Shown: one piece after another, positions 29,847-38,078 of the stretch
How the letters are laid out: each line of letters begins with the position of its first letter
How positions within the stretch are numbered: position 1 is the first letter of the stretch
Assembly: GCA_963841645.1 (NCBI GenBank)
Contig: CAWJDS010000017.1
Location: 215,609-279,608, forward strand
Origin: an uncultured Gammaproteobacteria bacterium
Lineage (GTDB): Bacteria > Pseudomonadota > Gammaproteobacteria > Steroidobacterales > Rariloculaceae
Reading direction: 5' to 3'
DNA length: 64,000 nt
Notes under the pieces: model-generated
Databases searched by the model: none
The model's input: the letters and a program-made list of their open reading frames with translations, nothing else
What the model was told of the DNA's origin: nothing
Position numbers and translations under genes: made by a program

Positions 29847-31004
29847 TCCGCCGGCTTTCAGCCTCTACAACTAGGCTATGTAAAGGTGAGGCAGTCGTCC
29901 GACCCGAGATCCAATAGACTGACGCCGTTGCTTAAACCGGACCAACAAATAATACCGGTGGAGCGAGTCCCTTTCGCGCTATTGGAGACGGGATTCGCGC
30001 GCGCTTGCGACGCCCATCCGGCCGCCTTCTCCGAGTTCGATGTCGGAGTCGCCGGCTTTCGCCTCCGCGTAGAAGTAGTCGGGACGGATCTCGCCGCTAC
30101 CATGCGCCGCGCGTTCAGCCACCTGATCGTGCCAAAAGCGGCGGCACAGCCGGATCTCGCGCTGCGCGTGTGGGACGAAGCTGCGACCGGGATCAAAGTG
30201 CCCGGGCAGTTCAGTCGAGAGCGCCGGCGCGACGGCGACGTCGAGATCCTGCTCAAGATCTCGGAAGACGGCCGCTACGTTTGCGAGCAGCGCGACTTGA
30301 GCGTGAGCTGGCTCGATACCGTTTCGAGCCGCATCGTGGGCTGCGTGTCGTCAGCACGCTGTCAATATCTCGACGAGCGTGCGCGGCCCTATCACAAGTT
30401 GATTTCCGCGTGGCTCGACGAGCGCGGCATCCAGTTCGTGCACGCCGGGCTCATCGGCTCGGGCGATACCGGTGTGCTCTTCGTCGGCAACGGCGGCGCG
30501 GGAAAGTCGACGTCGTCCGTGGCGTGCCTACGAGCCGGTCTCGGCTACCTCGGCGACGACTTCGTCGGCATCGAGAGCAACGAAGGAACCTACACGGGGC
30601 ACGGCTTGTTCTCGTCGTGCTTGCTCGACGTCCATCACCTCGAGCGTTTCCCAGATCTCAAGCGGCACGCGGTGCCGGCGCACCAGGACTTCGAGGACAA
30701 ATCGATTCTCTACCTGGCGGACATGTACCCCGGCACCTTGCGCCGCTCGGTGCCGATCGCAGCGGTCATGCTCCCGCGCGTCGTGCGCAAAGAGGAGACG
30801 ACCTACCGACGCGCGTCCAAAGCCCAAGCCCTGTTCGCGATCGCGCCCACGTCCGTGATGTTCCTGCCCCGTCCGAGTCAAAGGGCATTCGACCGCGTAG
30901 CCGATCTCGTCGAGCGCGTGCCCGCGTATTGGCTGGAGCTCGGCAGCAACGTCGACCGAATACCCGACGCCGTGAGAGCGCTGGCCGCGGAAGTGAGTCA
31001 CTGA
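29844..31004 (+). CDS. HPr-kinase-like (HprK-related) P-loop serine kinase
   Basis: FVHAGLIGSGDTGVLFVGNGGAGKSTSSVACLRAGLGYLGDDFVGIE resembles the HprK C-terminal P-loop core. Coordinates are the maximal ORF. GTG 29844 lies inside the inverted repeat, so GTG 29958 (VERVPFALLETGF...) is the more likely start. Confidence 0.75.
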   Translation: MSAGFQPLQLGYVKVRQSSDPRSNRLTPLLKPDQQIIPVERVPFALLETGFARACDAHPAAFSEFDVGVAGFRLRVEVVGTDLAATMRRAFSHLIVPKAAAQPDLALRVWDEAATGIKVPGQFSRERRRDGDVEILLKISEDGRYVCEQRDLSVSWLDTVSSRIVGCVSSARCQYLDERARPYHKLISAWLDERGIQFVHAGLIGSGDTGVLFVGNGGAGKSTSSVACLRAGLGYLGDDFVGIESNEGTYTGHGLFSSCLLDVHHLERFPDLKRHAVPAHQDFEDKSILYLADMYPGTLRRSVPIAAVMLPRVVRKEETTYRRASKAQALFAIAPTSVMFLPRPSQRAFDRVADLVERVPAYWLELGSNVDRIPDAVRALAAEVSH

Positions 31005-31005
31005 G

Positions 31006-31698
31006 ATGCCGCTCACCGTGACCTGTGTGATCCCGGCGTACAACGCGGCGCGCTATCTCGAGCGCGCTCTGACGAGCGTGCTCGATCAGTCTCGGCCGCC
31101 GGATGAGATCATCGTCGTCGACGACGGGTCGACGGACGGGACGGCCGGCGTGCTAGCCACATTCGGTGCGCGCCTGCGCGTGCTGCGCCAAGAGAACGCC
31201 GGCCCCGCCGCGGCGCGGAACAGAGGCATCGAGGTCGCGGCGGGGGAGCTCGTCTGCTTCCAGGATTCGGACGACGAATGGCATCGCGACAAGCTCGCGA
31301 AGCAGCTCGCGTTGCTCGATGCCCGCCCCGACGTCGGTGTCTGCGTTACGCACGTGCGTAACGTCTGGGCCAAACATCTCGATCACGAACGGCTGGCCCT
31401 CGGTGACCATGCGTCCGCCAACGATCCGCCGGGTTACGTTTTTCAGGCGTCGCTGATACGACGCGAGGTCTTCGAACGCGTCGGCATGCTGGACGAGACG
31501 CTGCGCCGCGCGGAAGACATCGAGTGGTTTGCGCGCGCACGAGACGCGGGCGTCACGGTCGAGGTCTTGGCTGACGTGCTCGTGTATCGGCACCTGCACG
31601 GGCAGAACGTTTCGTATGTGGGCGAGCGCACCGCGTCTGCCCGCTACGAGCAGCTTCTCGAAATCGTGGCGGCACGGCTCAAGAAGCAGCGCGCTTAG
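31006..31698 (+). CDS. family 2 glycosyltransferase (paralogue 1)
   Basis: VTCVIPAYNAARYLERALTSVLDQSRPPDEIIVVDDGSTDGT, NAGPAAARNRG, FQDSDDEW (DXD). The start lies 2 nt after the kinase stop. Confidence 0.85.
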   Translation: MPLTVTCVIPAYNAARYLERALTSVLDQSRPPDEIIVVDDGSTDGTAGVLATFGARLRVLRQENAGPAAARNRGIEVAAGELVCFQDSDDEWHRDKLAKQLALLDARPDVGVCVTHVRNVWAKHLDHERLALGDHASANDPPGYVFQASLIRREVFERVGMLDETLRRAEDIEWFARARDAGVTVEVLADVLVYRHLHGQNVSYVGERTASARYEQLLEIVAARLKKQRA

Positions 31699-31716
31699 CA
31701 CCGAGCTTGGCATTCA

Positions 31717-31756
31717 GGGAAGAAAAAATATGATTAGGGAGGAAAAAACATGATCG
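31717..31756 (+). repeat. 20-bp tandem duplication of an A-rich SD+ATG module (gggaagaaaaaatatgatta / gggaggaaaaaacatgatcg)
   Basis: Read directly; 16/20 identical. The first copy opens a 7-codon mini-ORF (ATG 31730 ... TGA 31751-31753, MIREEKT). Its stop overlaps the PqqD-like ATG at 31750 (ATGA). Confidence 0.5.
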
Positions 31757-32160
31757 GTAGCAAGGACACACTGGCGATTCGGCGGCGCGAAGTGGCCGCT
31801 AAGGTGATCGACGGGGAAGCGATCCTGATCAATCTTTCGACCGGCCAGTACTACAGCATGGGCGATGTCGGCGGGCGCGTCTGGTCGTTGATCGAGCAGA
31901 ACTGCAACAGCGAGGGCATCGCAACGGCTATCGCGGCAGAGTACGACGTGCCGGCCGCGACGGCGGCTGCGGATGTCGCCGAGCTCGTGGCTGATCTCGC
32001 CGCGGAAAACCTCATCGAGCCGAACCGTGCCGTCGGCGGTGCGACTCCGGTCGCGCGCTCGTCGAGCAAGGCCGCTTACAGGAAGCCCGAGCTGTCCAAA
32101 TTCAGCGACATGGCCGAGATCTTCGCGATGGACCCGCCGTTGCCCGGGCTTGCCCAATGA
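31750..32160 (+). CDS. PqqD-family / RiPP recognition element (RRE)-like protein with ~45-aa C-terminal extension
   Basis: RRREVAAKVIDGEAILINLSTGQYYSMGDVGGRVWSLIEQNCNSEGIATAIAAEYDVPAATAAADVAELVADLAAENLIE matches the PqqD pattern. Tail: NRAVGGATPVARSSSKAAYRKPELSKFSDMAEIFAMDPPLPGLAQ. Confidence 0.8.
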   Translation: MIGSKDTLAIRRREVAAKVIDGEAILINLSTGQYYSMGDVGGRVWSLIEQNCNSEGIATAIAAEYDVPAATAAADVAELVADLAAENLIEPNRAVGGATPVARSSSKAAYRKPELSKFSDMAEIFAMDPPLPGLAQ

Positions 32161-32858
32161 GCGAGCCGAGCCACTCGGGGCTCGTCACGTGCGTGATTCC
32201 GGTGTTCAACGGCGAGCGGTATCTCGCCGAGGCGCTGGATAGCGTGCTGACGCAGACCCATTCGCCGATCGAGATCATCGTCGTCGATGACGGCTCGACG
32301 GACGGCACGCCCGATGTCCTCGCCGGCTACGGCGGCGACATCAGGAGCGTGCGGCAGGCTAACGCGGGCCCCGCGGCCGCGCGCAATCGCGGCGTGGCGG
32401 ACGCGCGCGGCGAGTATCTTGCGTTCTTGGACTCCGACGACCTTTGGGCCGTGTCGAAGACCGAGATTCAGCTTCGTCGTTTTGCGAGACATCCGGGACT
32501 GTCGGTCTGCACGTCGTTGATGCAGAACTTCTGGGCGGATCTCGCGGACGAAGAGGCGCGCATGAAGGACACGGAAGTGGCGCGGCCGCAAGCGGGGCCG
32601 AGCCAGACGCTGATGGTGCGCAGAGCCGCGTTCGATCGCGTCGGTCCCTTCGATCCCACGCTGCGCCACCGCGATGCGCACGACTGGCTGGTTCGCGCCC
32701 GGGCAGCCGGCTTGCAGTTCGGGCAAGTCGACGAGGTGCTCGTTCGCCGGCGTCTGCACGCGAACAACCTGAGCCGCTCGCGGGGGATCGGAGACACGGA
32801 AGACCTGTTCGCGATTCTTCGCAAGAAGCTCGCTGCGCGCGACGCGCTGGGGCGCTGA
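32157..32858 (+). CDS. family 2 glycosyltransferase (paralogue 2)
   Basis: VTCVIPVFNGERYLAEALDSVLTQTHSPIEIIVVDDGSTDGT, NAGPAAARNRG, FLDSDDLW. The ATG overlaps the PqqD-like stop (ATGA). Confidence 0.85.
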   Translation: MSEPSHSGLVTCVIPVFNGERYLAEALDSVLTQTHSPIEIIVVDDGSTDGTPDVLAGYGGDIRSVRQANAGPAAARNRGVADARGEYLAFLDSDDLWAVSKTEIQLRRFARHPGLSVCTSLMQNFWADLADEEARMKDTEVARPQAGPSQTLMVRRAAFDRVGPFDPTLRHRDAHDWLVRARAAGLQFGQVDEVLVRRRLHANNLSRSRGIGDTEDLFAILRKKLAARDALGR

Positions 32859-32868
32859 GCTCGCGCCG

Positions 32869-34062
32869 ATGACGAGCACCGTCTCCGACGCATGGATCGC
32901 GTTGCTCGCGAGCATCGTTCCGGCCGAGCCAGCGGCCGGCCTGCTCCGTGCCATGCTCTGGGACGGTGCGGCGGCGCGCGCACAGTGGTCGGCGTGGACG
33001 CAATCGATCGGCGACCCGCGCAAGTTCTTCGAGCGTGACTACCTCGGCCGCAAGGGGTTGCTCGCGTTTCTCGGCCACCGGCTCAGCGAGAACGAGGTCG
33101 ACACCGGGCCACACTTCGCGACCTACGTGCGCGTCGCGCGAGTTCGCGAGGAGCTGCGCAGCCGCATCTTCATCGACACGTTGCAAACCGTGCACCACCG
33201 CCTGCAGGACGCCGGCTTGGAACCGATACTCGTCAACGGTGCCGCGTATGCGTTCACCGTCTACTCGCAACCGCTCGTTCGGCACAACCATGGAATAGAC
33301 CTGTTGTTGCGCGCGGACGAGCTCGGTGCCGGAGAACGCGCAGTGACGGCCGCCGGTTTTCGCCTCCAGCGGACGGACACGTTGCCGCGCGCCGTTCTAA
33401 AGACGTACCGGCATGCCTCCGGGCTCGAGCTTACGATGCGTTCGCGGCTTTACCTTGCACCGCACGTTGAGAATGAGCCGACGGACTTTTCGTCGCGCTG
33501 CGAATGGATTTCGGTGGGCGAGTCTCGAGTTCGCGTGCTCGCGCCGGCCGACCGGCTCTGCCACACGCTCGCAGAAAGCGCCGCATCGTCCACACGCGGC
33601 AATCTCCGTTGGGTTTGCGACGCCTACCTCTTGCTTCGCCGCGCCGAGCAGCTCGATTTCGACCAGGTCGTCGAGTCCGCTCTCCACCTCGGCACGGCGT
33701 TGCCGACGGCATTGCTGCTCGAGTTCTTTCGCGCCGGTCTCGGGCTCGAGATTCCGGCACACGTCGTCGCAGAGCTCCGCGACCGCGGTGTGCCGCGCGG
33801 CGCGGTGGGCTCGAATCTGATTCTGTCAGCCGCATTGCGGACGTCGACGTCGGTCGCTGCTTTCTTGCGCCGCGCGCGAGACCGGCACTCCTTGTTTCGC
33901 AGCGCCGCGTACTTCGCTCTGTTTCCCACCGCCGAGCACATCGCTTACCAGCATCGCCCGTCGGCCGAGTGGAAGATCCCGTGGCTCTATGCCGCGCGGG
34001 TGGGCCGGCTCGTGGCCCGTCCGTTCCGCGGATTGCGGACGTTGCGCGTGGTGGCGTCATGA
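32869..34062 (+). CDS. PF14907-like 'uncharacterised nucleotidyltransferase' family protein, paralogue 1 (degenerate active-site motif)
   Basis: Same length and architecture as the next gene. The motif region reads ILVNGAAYAFTVYSQPLVRHNHGIDLLLRADEL, where paralogue 2 has KG...DLDFLV. Confidence 0.7.
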   Translation: MTSTVSDAWIALLASIVPAEPAAGLLRAMLWDGAAARAQWSAWTQSIGDPRKFFERDYLGRKGLLAFLGHRLSENEVDTGPHFATYVRVARVREELRSRIFIDTLQTVHHRLQDAGLEPILVNGAAYAFTVYSQPLVRHNHGIDLLLRADELGAGERAVTAAGFRLQRTDTLPRAVLKTYRHASGLELTMRSRLYLAPHVENEPTDFSSRCEWISVGESRVRVLAPADRLCHTLAESAASSTRGNLRWVCDAYLLLRRAEQLDFDQVVESALHLGTALPTALLLEFFRAGLGLEIPAHVVAELRDRGVPRGAVGSNLILSAALRTSTSVAAFLRRARDRHSLFRSAAYFALFPTAEHIAYQHRPSAEWKIPWLYAARVGRLVARPFRGLRTLRVVAS

Positions 34063-35264
34063 AGCTCCAGCTCGACCCCGCCGCCGCGTTGGTCGCGACG
34101 TGCGCTCGCTGCACGTTCGACGATCGCCAGCGCCGCGATATCCGCGCCGTGTTGGAGCGCGGCGTCGATTGGGAGCGGGTGCTTGCACTGGCGGAGAAGA
34201 ACTTCGTCCTGCCGCTCCTGTTCGAGAGCCTAGAAACGCTTCGAGAGCTCGTCCCTGAAGCCGTCTATGCGCGGCTCGCGAAGCAGCGCAAGCTCGCGAG
34301 GTTCCGCGGCGAGCTCTTCGTGGACGAGCTGATCCGCATCTCGGCCTCGCTCGAAGCCGCTGGCATCACCGTCCTCCACTACAAGGGACCGGTGAGCTCG
34401 GCGCTCCTGTACGGCGATCGCTTCCGGCGCATGTACTTCGATCTCGATTTCCTCGTGCGCCGGGAGGATCTGCACGCGGTTTCGAATCTGCTGCGCAACG
34501 ACGGTTACCGCGCCGAGCACGATCTCGACGCGCTGTCTCAGGAGCAGTTCGAGCGCGAGCAAAAGGAATACACATTCACCTCGGGTCTGCTGTGCGTCGA
34601 GCCTCACTGGTCGCTGACGGCACGCCGTTATCCGTTCGCGATCGACTATGCACGACTCTGGGAGCGCGCCGTCGTCTACGATCTCGGCGGCACGAAGATT
34701 CACACGTTCGCGCCGGAGGACATGTTGCTGGTGCTCAGCATGGCGGGCGCGAAGGCAAAGTGGATGCGGTTGCAGATGGTGACGGACGTCGCGCAGTGGT
34801 ATCGATCGATGGATCCCACTCTCGCGGTGTCTGCGCTAGCGCACGCGAAGCGCCTCGGCTGCGAACGAATCTTGCTCGTCGGAGCGCATCTCGCCGAGAC
34901 ACTGCTCCAGGCGCCTATCCCGGCGGCGGTACGCGCGCGGGTCCGGGCCGACTACGCGGCCGTTCGAGAGCATTTCGGCGCGAGTAGTAAGGAGCCTGTT
35001 CTCGACCGACGTGAACGTGCCGCTGCTGCTCGGCGACTTGCGCACGTGTTCTCGCCGTTGCTATTTAGCATGCGCGAGCGCGCCCGCGACCGGCTTTTCT
35101 ACCTCGTGCAGACGACGACGACTCCGCTGCCCCAGCATTTGCTTCGCTTCCGCCTCCCCAAGTGGGCGTTCCCGGCCTACCGCGTCATCGTTCCGGCATA
35201 CGACTACGTGTTCGCGCCGATCTTCCGCGGTCTGCGAGCGCTCCTGTCGGCGCGCCTCGCGTGA
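34059..35264 (+). CDS. PF14907-like nucleotidyltransferase family protein, paralogue 2
   Basis: VLHYKGPVSSALLYGDRFRRMYFDLDFLVRREDLHAVSNLLRNDGY, then CVEPHWSL. The ATG overlaps the previous stop (ATGA 34059-34062). Confidence 0.75.
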   Translation: MKLQLDPAAALVATCARCTFDDRQRRDIRAVLERGVDWERVLALAEKNFVLPLLFESLETLRELVPEAVYARLAKQRKLARFRGELFVDELIRISASLEAAGITVLHYKGPVSSALLYGDRFRRMYFDLDFLVRREDLHAVSNLLRNDGYRAEHDLDALSQEQFEREQKEYTFTSGLLCVEPHWSLTARRYPFAIDYARLWERAVVYDLGGTKIHTFAPEDMLLVLSMAGAKAKWMRLQMVTDVAQWYRSMDPTLAVSALAHAKRLGCERILLVGAHLAETLLQAPIPAAVRARVRADYAAVREHFGASSKEPVLDRRERAAAARRLAHVFSPLLFSMRERARDRLFYLVQTTTTPLPQHLLRFRLPKWAFPAYRVIVPAYDYVFAPIFRGLRALLSARLA

Positions 35265-35347
35265 GCCTTCGCCGCGTCGATCGCGGCGCAGCGCGGCGCG
35301 AAGTCGGCGAGCGCTATACTCGTGCGCATTGCGGTCGTGGGGGTGCC

Positions 35348-36098
35348 ATGCGCGTCAACATCGTCATCGCGTCGGTCGTCGCCATCGTTTCTTGCGCCGT
35401 TGCGGTTGCCGCGCGCGCGCAAGCAGAGCGCGCCACCGCCGGCGCGTCGTCGTCGGCGCCCGTGGTCCCGGCGCGGCCCGCGCGGCGGAGCCGACTCCCT
35501 CGGGCGAGCGGCCGCGCGTCTTACGCCCCCCGCTGTTCCTCAGAGAAGACTGGAAGCAGATCCCAGGCGGCGGCGAGCACCCGGTGACGCCCGCGAGCGT
35601 CACGTGGCGAACGTCGAGCTCAAGCTCTACGGCGCGTCGAGCAAGGAGATTCAGCTCACTGGCGTCGATGGCGACGAGAACAACCCGACGCACGTCTGGA
35701 CGGGTCTCTGCACGACGCCGTGCGGGCTCGCGCTGCGCGACAAGACGCGCTACGTCGATCTCACCGGCCTCGCGCGGATTCGCTGGAACGTGAAGACGTC
35801 GGGTTTCCACGAGGTCCGGCCGATCGTGAAGCTCGCGGACGGCACGTGGCTCGTCGGCGATCACACCGACGCGTCGCCGCTCGACTGGCTCGTCGGCGAG
35901 CTGTCGATCGCGAGCTTGCGCTGGCTCAAACTGGATCCCGAGCGGCTCGTGACGACCGGCAACTTCGTCGACAAGCCGGACTTGAGCAAAGTCGACGAGG
36001 TCGGCTTCGTCGATCTGATGCCGGCGAGCGGACACGGCCCCGGTGGCTGGTCCGATGTCGCGCAGATCGAGGTCTACGGCAAGCCCGTGCCGCGCTGA
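35348..36098 (+). pseudogene. exported hypothetical protein (two frameshifts in the first third as read)
   Basis: MRVNIVIASVVAIVSCAVAVAARAQA is in frame 2. EPTPSGERPRVLRPPLFLREDWKQIPGGGEHPVTPASV is in frame 1. ANVELKLYGASSKEIQLTGVDGDENNPTHVWTGLCTTPC...VAQIEVYGKPVPR-stop is in frame 3. Confidence 0.55.
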
Positions 36099-36183
36099 CC
36101 CGCTGCCGACGCTTCGTCGCCGTCGAGCGGACGAAGTCCCGCGCTAGCCCGCCGTCGGCGCTTCATCGGGCGAGCGCTCGAGC

Positions 36184-36501
36184 GTGCAGTTCACGAAGCG
36201 CCTTCGCGAGCCGATCAAGCGCGGCGAGATCACGTGCAGCGTGCGGATCTGGCAGAAGCCGCACGTGCGGGTCGGCAATCGCTATGCGCTGCCGCCGGGA
36301 AGCATCGTCGTCGACGCGCTGCACCGGATCGACTTCGACGACATCACGCCCGCGCTCGCTCGTCGGTCCGGCTTCGCGGGCGTCGTCGATCTGCTCAAGG
36401 TCGCGAAGCACGGGCCGGGTAGGAACGTCTATCTCGTCGAGTTTCACTACGATCCCGGCTCAGAGGCCGCGGCGCTGCGCTCTCGTAGAACGCGGAGTTG
36501 A
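36184..36501 (+). CDS. small ASCH-domain-like protein (105 aa)
   Basis: MQFTKRLREPIKRGEITCSVRIWQKPHVRVGNRY... resembles the ASCH N-terminal pattern. GTG start. The 3' end overlaps the convergent gene by 55 nt. Confidence 0.5.
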   Translation: MQFTKRLREPIKRGEITCSVRIWQKPHVRVGNRYALPPGSIVVDALHRIDFDDITPALARRSGFAGVVDLLKVAKHGPGRNVYLVEFHYDPGSEAAALRSRRTRS

Positions 36502-37065
36502 GCCCGTCGATACGCAACCATCGCGACGAACAGAGCGCACGCGATGCCGACGGCCGCGGGGAACAGGACGGTCGTCCACGAGTAGTGCTCCAGCGCGGCG
36601 ATGGCGACGGCGTTGCGCAGAGCGCCGAGCGAATAGAAGCCGATGTGCTCCTCGTGCGGACGGAGGAACGCGAAGCGGAACGTCGGAACGAATCCGGCCA
36701 GGTCCATCCCGGTCAGAAGCACGACGGCGACTAGCGGGTTGGAGCGTCAAGAGCCAGCAGGGCAACGCCGCGAGCGCGATCACGAGGAAGACCCAGTCGA
36801 CCTTCGTGATCGAGGTATCGGAGCGGCCTCTGTAGGCGAGAACCGCGATGCAGGCCGTGATGATTCCGGACACTCCGGTCGGCCACGCGCCCAGGCCGCC
36901 GCGGTCCGCGAGCTGGGCCAAGAACACGACGAACGTGCCGAGCCCCCAGACGATCCAGGAGAACGCGTGCGGCTTGGTTTGCCCGGCGAGTATCGATCGC
37001 ACGTAAGGCACGAACGCGACGAACGTCAGAACGATGGCCGCAGCGGCGAGGAGCTCCTTGTACAT
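36447..37065 (-). pseudogene. hypothetical multi-pass membrane protein (one frameshift ~36730 as read)
   Basis: MYKELLAAAAIVLTFVAFVPYVRSILAGQTKPHAFSWIVWGLGTFVVFLAQL... continues after a frame change as LLTGMDLAGFVPTFRFAFLRPHEEHIGFYSLGALRNAVAIAALEHYSWTTVLFPAAVGIACALFVAMV. Confidence 0.5.
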
Positions 37066-37104
37066 GGGTGGCGCTCGCGGGTGGCGGCGCGAATTCGGCC
37101 GCCG

Positions 37105-38076
37105 TCAGCGCGTGATCGAAGCGGCGGGCTCGACGTGCCCGGGATATTTCTTTTCGCCGGCCAGCACCCTGGCGTGCAATCGATTCTGCTGGAGTGGAAT
37201 GGGGCAGGTCGTGAACGGGTTGAACGCGCACGGCGGGTTGTACGCCTCGTTGAAGTCGAGGATCGTCGTGCCGTCGTCGCGCAGCTCCGCGGTGAGAAAA
37301 CGCGCCGCTTCGTATGTCTCGTTGCCGCTCGTCTCGTCGCTGAACACGATGTAGAGATGCTTCGGCCGCGTCGTGAACGGACGCAGCCGCAGAACTTGGT
37401 TGTTCAGGGTGAACTCGACGACTCCTTCGCTCACGTAGCTGTCGACGTCGCCGAACGTGTTGACGACGCGTTCATCGTGGGGCACGGAATCGCGAATGAA
37501 GCGCGCGCTGACCCGGTAATCGCGGCTGATCGGAAACCAGTCGAAGCCGCGAAACGCCTTCGCTCTTTCGCCGTGCGGGTCGCGGACACGCAGCGCGATG
37601 CGCTCGCCGCTCTTGTGCACGACGACGCTGACGCCGTTCGCCAGGATCTCGTCGGTCTCGTCTTGGCCGTCATCGCGCAACTTCATGGCCGACGCCGGCG
37701 GCTTGCCATTCACGGTCACGCCGACGAACGGCTCCGGGTCGAACGTCACGTCGTCGTGATCGACGGTGAACCGCCCGATCCGGGTAGGCAACGACGGGGC
37801 CAATACGACGTCGTTGTTCGCGGCGCTGCCCGCGGTGTGCGTTCCAGGCGTGAGGAAATGCAGCCCTTCGATCGTCGCCCAGTCGCGCTTGTAGTCCGTC
37901 TCGTGCTTCGCGCGCCACGCCTCGATTTCCTTGACGACGCCGTCGTTCCACTCGACGCCGGGCGAGGCGCCTCGCTGGCAGCCGAGCGTGGCGACGCTCG
38001 CGGCGATCGCGAGCGCGGCGACCAGCGGCGTTCTCCACGTCGGCGCGCCGTCGATCATGTTGCACCGCGAGATCAT
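37105..38076 (-). CDS. DUF1684 domain-containing protein (lipoprotein-like N-terminus)
   Basis: EIEAWRAKHETDYKRDWATIEGLHFL..., FPISRDYRVSARF, IVFSDETSGNETYEAARFL, LDFNEAYNPPCAFNPFTTCPIPLQQNRL. ORF track 37105-38163; start moved to 38076, just after the MBL stop. Confidence 0.8.
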   Translation of the reverse strand: MISRCNMIDGAPTWRTPLVAALAIAASVATLGCQRGASPGVEWNDGVVKEIEAWRAKHETDYKRDWATIEGLHFLTPGTHTAGSAANNDVVLAPSLPTRIGRFTVDHDDVTFDPEPFVGVTVNGKPPASAMKLRDDGQDETDEILANGVSVVVHKSGERIALRVRDPHGERAKAFRGFDWFPISRDYRVSARFIRDSVPHDERVVNTFGDVDSYVSEGVVEFTLNNQVLRLRPFTTRPKHLYIVFSDETSGNETYEAARFLTAELRDDGTTILDFNEAYNPPCAFNPFTTCPIPLQQNRLHARVLAGEKKYPGHVEPAASITR

Positions 38077-38078
38077 CG

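Noticed and set aside
29792-29917. 41-codon ORF (MFHRRNRARARSRISRARVRRLSASTTRLCKGEAVVRPEIQ) as a possible precursor peptide for the RRE operon
   Set aside because: The extreme Arg content is typical of off-frame GC-rich reading. It spans the inverted repeat and has no SD. It is not excluded, but there is nothing to support it.
35261-35347. GTG at 35261 overlapping the last nucleotidyltransferase stop, which would extend the downstream exported protein by 29 residues and couple it to the operon
   Set aside because: The extension (VSLRRVDRGAARREVGERYTRAHCGRGGA) is Arg-rich and would bury a good signal peptide that starts at ATG 35348. Co-transcription with the operon remains possible.
36447-36501. 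55-nt overlap of the convergent 3' ends of the ASCH-like and membrane-protein genes
   Set aside because: This is most simply explained by late stop codons in GC-rich DNA (or an indel in one gene). No structure or motif was seen.
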